A stretch of 57,818 bases of DNA from the IMG/VR virus record IMGVR_UViG_3300023214_000063, positions 1 through 57,818 of that record; one strand, given 5' to 3'. Below the pieces are notes generated by a model. That model was not told where the DNA came from, searched no databases, and saw nothing but the letters and a program-made list of their open reading frames with translations. Position numbers and translations under genes: made by a program. Source of the DNA: a virus (Duplodnaviria > Caudoviricetes). Positions 18,858 through 27,885 of the stretch are shown here, piece by piece (within the stretch, counting starts at the first letter, position 1; each line of letters starts with the position of its first letter).

Positions 18858-19367
18858 ATGCGACGATGCATGGACTGCGGGATGGCGCTGGCTCGACAGG
18901 CACCCAGCCAGCCAGCGAAGCGATGCTGGCGATGTCACGTCCGCCATGTTCGGAAGCCAGAAGCCAGCCCGCGTATGACGGTCCTGCTGAACATCAAGGT
19001 GAACGGGGGCTGCTGGGACTGGACCGGAGCGTGGCACGGTCGATACGGCCAGCTGAACTACGAAGGCCAGCGCTTCCTGGCGCACCGGTTCAGCCTGCTG
19101 GCGTTCCGCCAGGGCTACGTCATCGACCAGGTGGGGGAGCCGGAGATACCCCCGGACCTGTGTGCGATGCACATGTGCGACCGGCCACCGTGCGTAAACC
19201 CATGGCACCTGGAGATAGGCACCCAGGCAGACAACGTCCGCGACATGATCCTGAAGGGTCGCGCGGCCTGGCAGGCGGAAGAAGAACGCGAAGCCTGGCT
19301 GTCGGTGGTGACGGGAACCACCTTGCGTTACGCCCAGCCATACAAACCGAACGAACGGAGTAGATGA
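18858..19367 (+). CDS. HNH (His-Me finger) endonuclease
   Basis: CWDWTG, YGQ, AHRFS and HMCDRPPCVNPWHLEIGTQADNVRDM. Confidence 0.88.
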   Translation: MRRCMDCGMALARQAPSQPAKRCWRCHVRHVRKPEASPRMTVLLNIKVNGGCWDWTGAWHGRYGQLNYEGQRFLAHRFSLLAFRQGYVIDQVGEPEIPPDLCAMHMCDRPPCVNPWHLEIGTQADNVRDMILKGRAAWQAEEEREAWLSVVTGTTLRYAQPYKPNERSR

Positions 19368-19368
19368 C

Positions 19369-19923
19369 ATGGCGCTACGACTACCGACCGGGGCGACGTT
19401 CCTGCATGTCCCGAAGACAGGGGGAACGTACGTCCGGAAGGCGCTGCAGGCCGCAGGAGTCTTCAGCGAGCCGTTCAAGGGGAAGCACGAACCGATAGCG
19501 TGGCAGGACATTCAGGGTCCGGTGTTCATGGTGGTACGACACCCCGTTGCGCTGCTGCGGTCGTACTGGCTGCACATGATGACGTACGGGTGGAGCGCGG
19601 AGCGGGAATTCGACGACTGCCAGCACACGGACCTGGTGGCGTTCCTTCAGCGCATCGCGGAGGAAGCGCCAGGTGCCGTCGGCAGGCTGTACAGCGCCTT
19701 CTACGACCCGGTGGAAGCGGAAGCCTGTGTCGGGCACACGGAGTCGCTGACGGCGGACCTGGTGGCGTTCCTGGATGAATGCGGTATCGACTACAACCGG
19801 GACCAGCTGTACCTGACGCCGATGGCGAACGTGGCGCAGATGGCACCCCCGGAACTGGACCACGAACATGTCGACATCATCCGGCAGTCGGAGCCGGAAA
19901 CCTTCGAGCTCTGGGGCTACTGA
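19369..19923 (+). CDS. Sulfotransferase-family protein
   Basis: FLHVPKTGGT (5'-PSB-like) and VRHP..LLRSYW (3'-PB-like) motifs. Confidence 0.75.
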   Translation: MALRLPTGATFLHVPKTGGTYVRKALQAAGVFSEPFKGKHEPIAWQDIQGPVFMVVRHPVALLRSYWLHMMTYGWSAEREFDDCQHTDLVAFLQRIAEEAPGAVGRLYSAFYDPVEAEACVGHTESLTADLVAFLDECGIDYNRDQLYLTPMANVAQMAPPELDHEHVDIIRQSEPETFELWGY

Positions 19924-19949
19924 CCCCGGCTAGAAACGGAGCGAACAGC

Positions 19950-21167
19950 ATGGCACTGACAGACCAGCAGGTGATGGAGCTACGACAGCAGCACGCGACC
20001 GGCGAGTGGAGCCACAGGCAGCTGGCAGAGCTGCACGACATCGCCCAGTCGAGCGTGACCGACCTGGTGAACGGGAAGACCAGGCTGGAAGCCGGTGGCC
20101 CGGTGAACGGCAGTCGGCACTACTCGCCGGACCTGCCGAACGACCCGCCCGATGACCGGTGTGAAGTCTTCGGGGCGGTCGTGTTCCGCGTGGTGGGCCA
20201 GTGGCCGGACGGCTCGCCGCGCACCGTTATCGAGCTGGCGGACCCGGAAGCGGGCGGCAAGTGCGGCCGCTCGAACAGGTCGGCGGAACACCACCTGGTC
20301 TTCCGTGGGGCAGGGGGTGTCGACGACCCGACGAACACGGCTCGCGTGTGCCAGTGGCACCACGACCGAATCCACCTGGAAGTGGACGAAGACAGCGAGC
20401 AGCCGCGCTGGTTCTGGAATCCGGACCTGCGCATCCTGACGGACCCGAAGATGAAGCAGTACGTGCTGACGCGGGACATCGTCCAGGAGCTGGAGCAGAC
20501 GTTCCGCGAGTGTTCCGAAGGGCTCGAAGGCTCCATCCAGGGCCTGAACGCGCACGCCATCGGCATCGTCTGGTGGCTGTACCGGTTCCTGGTGACCGGG
20601 GCGTGGCAGGCCGGTGACGGCTACAGCTCCGTGTACGAACTCGCGGCCGAACACGGCATGACGAACCAGTCGACGGTGAAGGGGTATCTGTCGACGGCAC
20701 ACGCCTACTTCGACCACCTGGGCCTGGACATCAACGCCCTGGTGGACAGGCGCTTCAGCTACCGCGACCTGAAGAACGCGGCCGCCAGCGTGAAGAAGCT
20801 GCCGCGTGAACGGGCGCTGCAGCTGCTGGACGATGCCCTGGACCCGCAGGGCCACGCCATTCCCGGCGCTCTGGTCGACCAGGCGCGCGAGCTGGTGGCG
20901 CTCCCGGAGAAAACGGGCATGACTCGCGTGCACGTCAGCGGGAACTTCAATGTGGCCGTGGACTGCGACATCGCCGTGGAAGACGGGCAGAGCGGCGCTG
21001 AAGAACTCCTGCGGCGCTTCCGTGGCCACCAGTGGGTGACCGGTACGGACGACATCGACGAAGCGAACCTGGTGACGTCACCGGCGAAGAAGAAGCCGGA
21101 GCCCGCGCCCGACACCCCGGACAACGTGCGCGACCTGGACGAAGCCAGGAAGAAGGCGAAGTCGTGA
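19950..21167 (+). CDS. HTH plus HNH domain protein
   Basis: N-terminal SHRQLAELHDIAQSSVTDLVNG HTH; HHLVFR..GG.DDPTN...VC..HH..IH HNH motif. Confidence 0.7.
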   Translation: MALTDQQVMELRQQHATGEWSHRQLAELHDIAQSSVTDLVNGKTRLEAGGPVNGSRHYSPDLPNDPPDDRCEVFGAVVFRVVGQWPDGSPRTVIELADPEAGGKCGRSNRSAEHHLVFRGAGGVDDPTNTARVCQWHHDRIHLEVDEDSEQPRWFWNPDLRILTDPKMKQYVLTRDIVQELEQTFRECSEGLEGSIQGLNAHAIGIVWWLYRFLVTGAWQAGDGYSSVYELAAEHGMTNQSTVKGYLSTAHAYFDHLGLDINALVDRRFSYRDLKNAAASVKKLPRERALQLLDDALDPQGHAIPGALVDQARELVALPEKTGMTRVHVSGNFNVAVDCDIAVEDGQSGAEELLRRFRGHQWVTGTDDIDEANLVTSPAKKKPEPAPDTPDNVRDLDEARKKAKS

Positions 21168-21331
21168 CGTGGACGACGGCCCATGTCTGGCTGGTGTGGC
21201 TCCGAGATTTCGCGTGGGACGCGGCGAAGTTCCTGGCGATGTTCTACGGCGCTGCGTACGGAGTCGGCCTGTTCATCGGCCTGGCCCGCCGTCAATACTC
21301 GCGCATCTACTACGACGGCAGGTGGTACTGA
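21164..21331 (+). CDS. Small membrane protein
   Basis: 55 aa hydrophobic ORF with GTGA and TGATG coupling. Confidence 0.5.
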   Translation: MTWTTAHVWLVWLRDFAWDAAKFLAMFYGAAYGVGLFIGLARRQYSRIYYDGRWY

Positions 21332-21894
21332 TGGACCCCGTAGCGATAGTCGGTGTGGACCCCGGCCTGGCGAACCTGGGCCTGTGCGAAGTCGTGGTGG
21401 ACCAGGACGTCAGCCTGGGGTCGTACCGTGCCGTAAAGACGAAGCCGGCACCGAAGAAGCGTAGGCCCTACGCACACGACGACCTGATGCGGCGATGGTT
21501 CGAGCTGCACACGGCGTTCCTGGAGTTCATCGCCGGGCTGGACCATGACGTCGTCGCCGTCGTTCTGGAGTCGGTCAGCTGGGTGCGTAACAGCTCCACC
21601 ATGGCCGGAATCGGTGGCACGTACGGGCTGCTAATCGGTCATGCTCGATTTCGGGGGTGGCCGGTGCTCCAGGTGCGGCCGCAGGAGCTGAAGCAGCACC
21701 TGACGGACGGGGCGAACACGAACAAGGGGGCCGTGTTCGATGGACTGCAGGAGCGCATGGGCTACCCGCCCGTCATGGACGAAAACGACTTCTGCACCAG
21801 TGACCACGTCGTCGATGCGGCAGCGGTCGCCATCACGGCGCTGGACACGTCGGAGATTCTAAGGGCCGCGCTGAAGGCCAGGGGGGTTCTGTGA
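21331..21894 (+). CDS. RuvC-like Holliday junction resolvase
   Basis: IVGVDPGL, VVLE, K....G...K..V and DHVVDAAAVA. Confidence 0.85.
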   Translation: MDPVAIVGVDPGLANLGLCEVVVDQDVSLGSYRAVKTKPAPKKRRPYAHDDLMRRWFELHTAFLEFIAGLDHDVVAVVLESVSWVRNSSTMAGIGGTYGLLIGHARFRGWPVLQVRPQELKQHLTDGANTNKGAVFDGLQERMGYPPVMDENDFCTSDHVVDAAAVAITALDTSEILRAALKARGVL

Positions 21895-22115
21895 GTCCGG
21901 GTGACACGGTCATCGTGACCATGGTTAGCAAGGTCTTCAGGTGGCAGCGTGGACCGGTTTTCCAGGCGAAGCTGGTGTCTATGCCGCGCGGTGCTGGAGA
22001 CTGCTACGTCATCGACGTGAAAGGCCAGCTGGTCCACCTGAACGGGAACTGCTCTGAGTTCGTCGGCATGCAGCGCGACCCGGTGGTGCACCCCGGAAGG
22101 GAGCGGCGAGAGTGA
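21891..22115 (+). CDS. Hypothetical protein
   Basis: 74 aa, coupled start. Confidence 0.5.
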   Translation: MSPGDTVIVTMVSKVFRWQRGPVFQAKLVSMPRGAGDCYVIDVKGQLVHLNGNCSEFVGMQRDPVVHPGRERRE

Positions 22116-22136
22116 CCCCACTAACCGGGCTGGATC

Positions 22137-22994
22137 ATGGCTAACAACGTCAGCGGCAGGATGGTGCATCGGAAGCTGGCCATGTCGCAGAAGTGGACGG
22201 ATCTGCGCGACCCGTGGACCCGGCTGCTGTACGTCATGCTGGTCATCTTCGTGGACAACCTGGGGCGCATGCACGCCGACCCCTGGATTGTGAAGTCGAC
22301 CGTGTTCCCGCGTGACCGGGACGTCACCCCTGACCAGGTCGAAGACTGGCTCCAGCGACTCCACGAAGCAGAGCTAATCCGACTCTACGACGCCGACGGA
22401 GACTCTTATTTGTACTTGGTTGGACACGAAGACAACCAGACGCTACGTTCGGAGCATTCCAAGTCTTCAGATTTCCCGCCACCACCAGCACTTACGGAAG
22501 AAGTCGAAGTAGACGGGGCAGGTACGGAACAGCACTTACACACCCCTGACGCAGATACGTCTCCTGAAGTAGAAGTAGAAGAAGAAGAAGAAAAGAAGAA
22601 GAAGGGCGACTCCGGTTCACGGGTGAACCTCCGGGAAGCACGCGCGGATGTCGTCGCTGCCTGGAACTCTGTGGCAGACGAATTCGAGTTCCCGAACATC
22701 AGGGGGGTGAACTCCGGCACCCAGCGCCACCGGCACCTGAAGGCGCGGCTGGACGAAGACGGCTTCCACGTCTTCATGGTCAGCGAGCTACGGGAGCGGA
22801 TAGCGGAGTCGCCGTTTCTGAAAGGGGAAGTGGCTGGCCGGGATGGCCGTGACCCGTTCCAGCTGCGGTTCGACTGGCTGGTGGCGAACGGCGACAACTG
22901 GGTCAAGGTGGCCGAAGGGTCGTACTACAGCGGGAAGCCGAAGCCGAAGCAGAAGCAGTCGCTGGAAGAACGACTGGGCGAAAAGGAAGTCTGA
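22137..22994 (+). CDS. Phage replication initiator/replisome organizer
   Basis: N-terminal RLLY...DNLGR..AD wHTH-like domain, low-complexity linker with short repeats, C-terminal FDWL...NW.KV.EG.Y; upstream of DnaB. Confidence 0.75.
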   Translation: MANNVSGRMVHRKLAMSQKWTDLRDPWTRLLYVMLVIFVDNLGRMHADPWIVKSTVFPRDRDVTPDQVEDWLQRLHEAELIRLYDADGDSYLYLVGHEDNQTLRSEHSKSSDFPPPPALTEEVEVDGAGTEQHLHTPDADTSPEVEVEEEEEKKKKGDSGSRVNLREARADVVAAWNSVADEFEFPNIRGVNSGTQRHRHLKARLDEDGFHVFMVSELRERIAESPFLKGEVAGRDGRDPFQLRFDWLVANGDNWVKVAEGSYYSGKPKPKQKQSLEERLGEKEV

Positions 22995-23266
22995 TGCCGA
23001 TAGCGGTCACACACCACGCCTATCAGCGAGCCTGGAAGCGGTTTCGCATCACTCGCGACCGGCTGGACGCGGAGCTGGCGCGACCGGGGTTCGTTCAGGC
23101 CGCGAACGCGCAGGCCCTGGTGGGCATCGACGAACTGCACATCAAGGCGGGCAAGTTCGTCTACGTGTGCCGGGTGAAGGAAAACGGCGACCTGGTGGTG
23201 GTCACCGTCGCCAGGGCTGGGCTGGCACCAGGCCGGACCCAGGCTGCACCCCGTGGCAGGTCGTGA
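22994..23266 (+). CDS. Hypothetical protein
   Basis: 90 aa, VTHHAYQR...VVVTV (RelE-like fold possible). Confidence 0.5.
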   Translation: MPIAVTHHAYQRAWKRFRITRDRLDAELARPGFVQAANAQALVGIDELHIKAGKFVYVCRVKENGDLVVVTVARAGLAPGRTQAAPRGRS

Positions 23267-23269
23267 CCG

Positions 23270-24604
23270 ATGCGCTTCTACCCTTACGACCGGGACACGG
23301 AGCGCGCAGTGCTCTACTACCTGACAGAGCACCCAGCAGACCTGCAGGCGTCAGGGCTCGAAGCCATCGACTTCCACGAAGAAGTCGACCGGAAGTGGTG
23401 GAACATCCTGTGGGGCCGCTACCAGGACGGCGAGCCGATACCGGGCATCCTGCCGCTGGTGGACCTGCTGAAGTCGCGGGAAGACCACGACGAACTAACG
23501 AAGGCCGTGCGCGGAGTCGACGTCACCGACTGGGAATTTTGGGCGATGACGGACCGTGGCCGGTTTCTGAACCGGTGCCAGCGCTTGCGGCAGCTGACGT
23601 ACCAGCGCCATCTGGCGGACGCCGGGAACCAGATGGTGGAACACGCGGACGATGTCGAGCGCTGCGAAGAAGTCTGGTTTGCGAGCCAGGACGAACTGGC
23701 CGCGCTACAGCAGCGCATCGGCATCCGGGAGCCAGTGTCCCTGGTGGAGCTGTACCGGCAGGAACAGGAGCGCGGCAGGGTCGAAACGACGTGGCGTCGA
23801 ATCGACGGCCGGGTGAAGGGTGGCGTGCCGCGTGGTGGCCTGCTGTTCGCTATCGCCCGTCCCGGCGTCGGGAAGACCACCTGGGCGACGAATCTGATTC
23901 GGAGGGTGGCGGACTCGAAGCCGGACGAACACGTCGTCTTCGTCACGCTGGAGCAGCCAGCAGGGACCATCGTGGAAAAGCTGATGATGGCGTACCTGCA
24001 GCTGACGGACGAAGGGCTGGCGACGGCCGTGAACGACCCGGAAGCGGCGAAGTGGCCCGCTGGGCTCGCCCTGGACGACTTCGAGACGGCCACAGGGAAC
24101 CTGCATGTGTGGGACGACGTGCGGTCGGTAGAAGCCATCCACCGGCGCGTCGGAGCGCTGGACGGCCAGGTGGCCATGGTCTGCATCGACTACATCCAGC
24201 AGATGCAGCACGAAAAGGCGCGGGACGAATACCAGCTGGTGACGAACATCTGCCGGGAGCTGCGGCCGCTGGCAGTGGATACGAAATCGGCCGTGGTTGC
24301 CCTGTCGCAGCTGTCGCGGTCCGGGAAGAAGGATCGGTGCCCGAAGCTGGAAGACGCCAGGGGCTCCGGAGCCATCGAAGAAGTCGGCGACATCGTCCTG
24401 GGCCTGTGGCGGCCGGACTGGGACGAAGAACAGGCCCAGGAGCGTCGGGTGTGCGACTTGCGCGCCACCATCCTGAAGCAGAAGTGGGGCTACCTGGGCA
24501 CGGTGCCGTTCCGGTTCGACCTGTGGCTCCAGCGCATGACGGAAGTGCGCTGGGGTGACTCCGTGAAGGAAGAAGACGATGCGGACGAAGGGGTGTTGTT
24601 CTGA
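23270..24604 (+). CDS. dnaB: DnaB-like replicative helicase
   Basis: ARPGVGKT, TLE, IDYIQ, LSQLSR and GSGAIEE..D. Confidence 0.9.
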   Translation: MRFYPYDRDTERAVLYYLTEHPADLQASGLEAIDFHEEVDRKWWNILWGRYQDGEPIPGILPLVDLLKSREDHDELTKAVRGVDVTDWEFWAMTDRGRFLNRCQRLRQLTYQRHLADAGNQMVEHADDVERCEEVWFASQDELAALQQRIGIREPVSLVELYRQEQERGRVETTWRRIDGRVKGGVPRGGLLFAIARPGVGKTTWATNLIRRVADSKPDEHVVFVTLEQPAGTIVEKLMMAYLQLTDEGLATAVNDPEAAKWPAGLALDDFETATGNLHVWDDVRSVEAIHRRVGALDGQVAMVCIDYIQQMQHEKARDEYQLVTNICRELRPLAVDTKSAVVALSQLSRSGKKDRCPKLEDARGSGAIEEVGDIVLGLWRPDWDEEQAQERRVCDLRATILKQKWGYLGTVPFRFDLWLQRMTEVRWGDSVKEEDDADEGVLF

Positions 24605-25182
24605 TGGCTGAACCGCGCACGCGCCGACCGTACACCGACGACGAAAAGCGCCAGGTGCTCGCCGAAGTCGCGAAGTATCCGACCATCCGGGAAGGGTGCG
24701 AGCGCCAGGACATGCGGCCGCAGACGGTCTACCAGTGGCTGAAGCAGGCTCGCTGGCGTCGGTACTACGACGACATGTGCACGCTGGCCGGTGAAGACGA
24801 CCAGGTCCGGATGCTCCAGCCGGTGCTGGCGAAGCTGCACGCGCAGCTGCAGCGGGCCGCCCACGGTGACCAGGAGCCGTCGGCCTATGTCCCGGTGCTT
24901 CTGCAGCTCGCCCAGGACGCCTTCAGGCGCGGCATGCAGGCCGACCAGGGCGTGGACCCGGAGGAAGCGTCCCTGGACGACCTGGTGGACTCTGGAGCCG
25001 AAGACGTGGCCGTCATCGGTGGCCGCATGAAGCTGACGGACATGCAGAAGCTGCTGACGCTGATTCAGCAGACGAACGCGACCATACGGGCGCTGAAAAA
25101 GGATGCGCCGAAGGGGGAGTCCGAAAACGACGAAGAAGAATCGCCTGACATGGATTCGGGGTCGCCGCTGGGGCTCGACTGA
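24604..25182 (+). CDS. HTH protein (possible terminase small subunit)
   Basis: RRPYTDDEKRQVL...QTVYQW HTH followed by a helical region. Confidence 0.5.
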   Translation: MAEPRTRRPYTDDEKRQVLAEVAKYPTIREGCERQDMRPQTVYQWLKQARWRRYYDDMCTLAGEDDQVRMLQPVLAKLHAQLQRAAHGDQEPSAYVPVLLQLAQDAFRRGMQADQGVDPEEASLDDLVDSGAEDVAVIGGRMKLTDMQKLLTLIQQTNATIRALKKDAPKGESENDEEESPDMDSGSPLGLD

Positions 25183-25266
25183 CGTGGCCGGAGCCAGCAC
25201 GTCGGTCAGTTCCAGCGAGCGGCCCTGTTATCAGACGTAGGCCCGAAAACGTGGTGTAGAAACTCA

Positions 25267-25378
25267 TCCTGGCGCGTGTCGCCCGGAGCCCAGGGGATTG
25301 TTCCCACTGTTGTTCACGTAAGCGTGGAAACCCACCCCAAACACCCCCTGGGCTCCGTGGGGCACGCGCCACCCAGGA
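25267..25378 (+). other. Long intergenic stem-loop
   Basis: CGGAGCCCAGGGG (25284-25296) pairs with CCCCTGGGCTCCG (25345-25357); TGGCGCGTGTC pairs with GGCACGCGCCA. Confidence 0.6.
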
Positions 25379-25400
25379 AACCTAAAGGCAGAAGGCTGAC

Positions 25401-25631
25401 ATGACCATCGACGCGAACGACCTGCAGCAGCGCTTTCAGCATCACCCGCCCAGGAACGACGCCGACATCAAGGCGCACGAAGCCATCCGCGAGACGTGCC
25501 GTCAGGCGGCCGTCACCATCATGGGCCAGACTCCGGCGAGCCGGGAACAGTCCCTGGCCGTCACGAAGCTGGAAGAAGCCATGATGTGGGCGAACGCGGC
25601 CCTGGCGCGGAACCGGAGCGACGCCGACTGA
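25401..25631 (+). CDS. Acb2/Tad1-like hairpin protein (putative immune-signal sponge)
   Basis: RF.HHPP...SREQSLAVTKLEEAMMWANAALAR motif. Confidence 0.65.
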   Translation: MTIDANDLQQRFQHHPPRNDADIKAHEAIRETCRQAAVTIMGQTPASREQSLAVTKLEEAMMWANAALARNRSDAD

Positions 25632-25706
25632 GTCCAGGGGGTCCAGCGGGGCCACTAGCTGGTGCGGACCCACCCGCTGGACCCACACTGGAAAGCAAGG
25701 GGAGCC

Positions 25707-25892
25707 ATGAAAGTCACCATCGAACTCGAAGTGGAGTCGGTAGGCGAAATCGACTGCAGCGCAGACGACGCGGTCGAAGAAGTCTTCCAGGAACTCCACC
25801 ACATGACGGTAGGAAGCCTGCATGTGGACGTGGGGAAGCACCTGGCCATCAGGTCGCTTCTGGTCCGCTGTGGAGACGCCGTCAGGGACTGA
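25707..25892 (+). CDS. Hypothetical protein
   Basis: GGGGAG RBS, 61 aa. Confidence 0.5.
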   Translation: MKVTIELEVESVGEIDCSADDAVEEVFQELHHMTVGSLHVDVGKHLAIRSLLVRCGDAVRD

Positions 25893-25897
25893 CCGAT

Positions 25898-26059
25898 ATG
25901 AAGAACCCGCTAGCACAGCTCTGGAACCGTCGCCGCGTCGGAGGGACGGCGCAGACGTCCGTGAAGATGAAGATGCGGGCCACGAAGCCGAAGTATGACT
26001 GGCGCAAGGTGAAGAAGCGCCGCCAGATGGCGAAGGCGTCCAGGAAGGCGAACCGCTGA
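25898..26059 (+). CDS. Small basic protein
   Basis: Ends KKRRQMAKASRKANR, coupled to the next gene. Confidence 0.5.
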   Translation: MKNPLAQLWNRRRVGGTAQTSVKMKMRATKPKYDWRKVKKRRQMAKASRKANR

Positions 26060-26544
26060 TGGTCCGGGTGCCGATAATCGGTCAGCGTGAGTACCGATAC
26101 GACCTGCTGCTGGTGCTCTATGCAGATGGGCCGTTCGAAGGCCGGTTCTACACGGTCGGCGAAGAAAGGCACCCCGGTTCGCGCCATTTCGGCGGACGTG
26201 ATTCGCGGCACTACCCAGGGGGCCTGTTCGTGGCCGGACAGCTGGACGTCTGGCTCGAAGACGATGAAACGGCCCGCTGGAAACAGGAGTACAGCCAGCC
26301 GCGCATCATCGCGAAGGGGTGGCTGCTGACCCAGGTGACCAGGCCCATGACGGCGCACCAGAGAATCAAGGTTACGCGCAGCGCGCTTCGCGGGTCCGTG
26401 ATGTCTTCCCAGGAGCTGCTGCGGATGGCCGTAGAACACGCCCTGGGACGCCTTCGAGCTGGAGTCGGGTGCCTACCGCCTGGACAGCTCGCACTTCCAC
26501 CACACAGGGGTTCAGATGCTCGACATGGAGTGGATGCCGGATAG
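26059..26544 (+). CDS. Hypothetical protein
   Basis: 161 aa, coupled start. Confidence 0.5.
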   Translation: MVRVPIIGQREYRYDLLLVLYADGPFEGRFYTVGEERHPGSRHFGGRDSRHYPGGLFVAGQLDVWLEDDETARWKQEYSQPRIIAKGWLLTQVTRPMTAHQRIKVTRSALRGSVMSSQELLRMAVEHALGRLRAGVGCLPPGQLALPPHRGSDARHGVDAG

Positions 26545-26770
26545 GACACCACCTACCGGCTACCGGTATGGCCGAAGCGCCCGGATGTACCACGCGAAGC
26601 GCAGGCGCTACGTGCAGCTCCGGAATCATCTGCTGAAGCTGCCCTACTGGGTGAAGCCGTATCCGGCCAGGTCGTCATCCAGACTTCCGCAGCTGGCGAA
26701 GCTGTTGGTCCAGGAGTTGCACGCGCTACAGCGGCAGCTCCAGGACTTCAGGGGTGTGCGCGATGTCTGA
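26516..26770 (+). CDS. Hypothetical basic protein
   Basis: Preceded by ACACAGGGGTTCAGA. Confidence 0.5.
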   Translation: MLDMEWMPDRTPPTGYRYGRSARMYHAKRRRYVQLRNHLLKLPYWVKPYPARSSSRLPQLAKLLVQELHALQRQLQDFRGVRDV

Positions 26771-26996
26771 TGTCGCTCGCCGACCGGAATGCTGGTGCTG
26801 GAACACGGTGGACGGTGAACTAGCCATGCTGCAGGGCGAGCCACCCCACAATACGCCCGGCAACATCTGCTTTGCGGCCGGGTATTTCGCGAAGTCCCTG
26901 GAGCGGAAATACGGGGTGTCGGTAGCAGAGCTGAACCGGTGGCGCGATTCGAACGGCCCGAACAAGGGGCCAGGCCGAAGCCAGGGGGGTTCCTGA
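26763..26996 (+). CDS. Hypothetical protein
   Basis: Overlapping chain of small ORFs. Confidence 0.45.
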   Translation: MSDVARRPECWCWNTVDGELAMLQGEPPHNTPGNICFAAGYFAKSLERKYGVSVAELNRWRDSNGPNKGPGRSQGGS

Positions 26997-27202
26997 TGGG
27001 CGGGTGGAAGCCGGACGAAAAGCTGGGATACGCAGAAGGGGAACCGTCCCGGCTGACGAAGCTGCGATGCGCCCTGTTCGGGCACGACTGGAAGTGCCTG
27101 TATCGGCACCGGCTGGAGCGTGGCCCGTTCACGTCGTCGGAAGTCGGGGGCTGGGGGTGTACCCGATGCGGGGGTCAGCGCATGACCCAGTGGGACGGGT
27201 AG
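26996..27202 (+). CDS. Small Cys/His protein
   Basis: LRCALFGHDW...CTRCG (DUF1660-like pattern). Confidence 0.55.
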   Translation: MGGWKPDEKLGYAEGEPSRLTKLRCALFGHDWKCLYRHRLERGPFTSSEVGGWGCTRCGGQRMTQWDG

Positions 27203-27208
27203 GCTGCC

Positions 27209-27451
27209 ATGACGCTTCCAGAGCAGCCGGTGCTGTCCCTGATGGTTCCGTTCTGGTGTCCGGGCTGCAGGTCGGTCACGGGTAACGAACACATGCGGAC
27301 GACGACCGACGCGCCGTACGCGACCGTGTTCTGCGCGACCTGTCAGACCATCAAGCTGTCGCCCGGCCAGATGAAGCGCCTACACCAGCGGCAGCCAGGC
27401 GACTTCGGAAGGGAGTACAGGGGCAGCTCTGGACCGTGGGGTGGGCCATGA
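27209..27451 (+). CDS. Small Zn-binding protein
   Basis: CPGC...CATC. Confidence 0.5.
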   Translation: MTLPEQPVLSLMVPFWCPGCRSVTGNEHMRTTTDAPYATVFCATCQTIKLSPGQMKRLHQRQPGDFGREYRGSSGPWGGP

Positions 27452-27885
27452 ACTGGGGCCTGGTCGGCATCGTGTGGGTAGCGGCATCACTCGCCTTCTG
27501 CCTGGGCTGGTTCTTCGGCTGGCAGGTGAAGGTGGGCCAGTACGCCACGGATGTAGCAGAGCGCACGGGCGAGCGCTGGGCACAGGACCGGGAGCTGCGC
27601 GAGCGTGATGTAGAGCGCCAGGTACAGGAGCTGTGCGACGCGACCATGGCCATCCTGCAGGACGTCGCAGCGCGGGAACCAGAGCTGCACGAATTCGGGT
27701 GGCGTCAGTTCATCAGGGCCAAGTTAGGGGCCTGGTGGAAGGGCTCCCGCGTGAACCCACGTAGATCCAGGAATGGCCGGGTTTCCTTGCCTTCCCACAC
27801 ACACCAGGAAGCAGACACACAGATAGATCCGCCTATAGACCAGACACCAGAAGACCAGGGGAGCGATGGCGCGCCCAGGAGATAG
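27448..27885 (+). CDS. Membrane-anchored hypothetical protein
   Basis: N-terminal TM helix followed by a coiled coil. Confidence 0.5.
   Translation: MNWGLVGIVWVAASLAFCLGWFFGWQVKVGQYATDVAERTGERWAQDRELRERDVERQVQELCDATMAILQDVAAREPELHEFGWRQFIRAKLGAWWKGSRVNPRRSRNGRVSLPSHTHQEADTQIDPPIDQTPEDQGSDGAPRR

Noticed and set aside
18750-19367. Group I intron or tRNA around the HNH gene
   Set aside because: The hairpin has no cloverleaf or T-loop, no intron core was recognised, and the flanking genes look uninterrupted.
24604-25182. IS transposase (HTH_Tnp-like N-terminus)
   Set aside because: No DDE partner ORF or terminal inverted repeats; the gene is coupled to dnaB.
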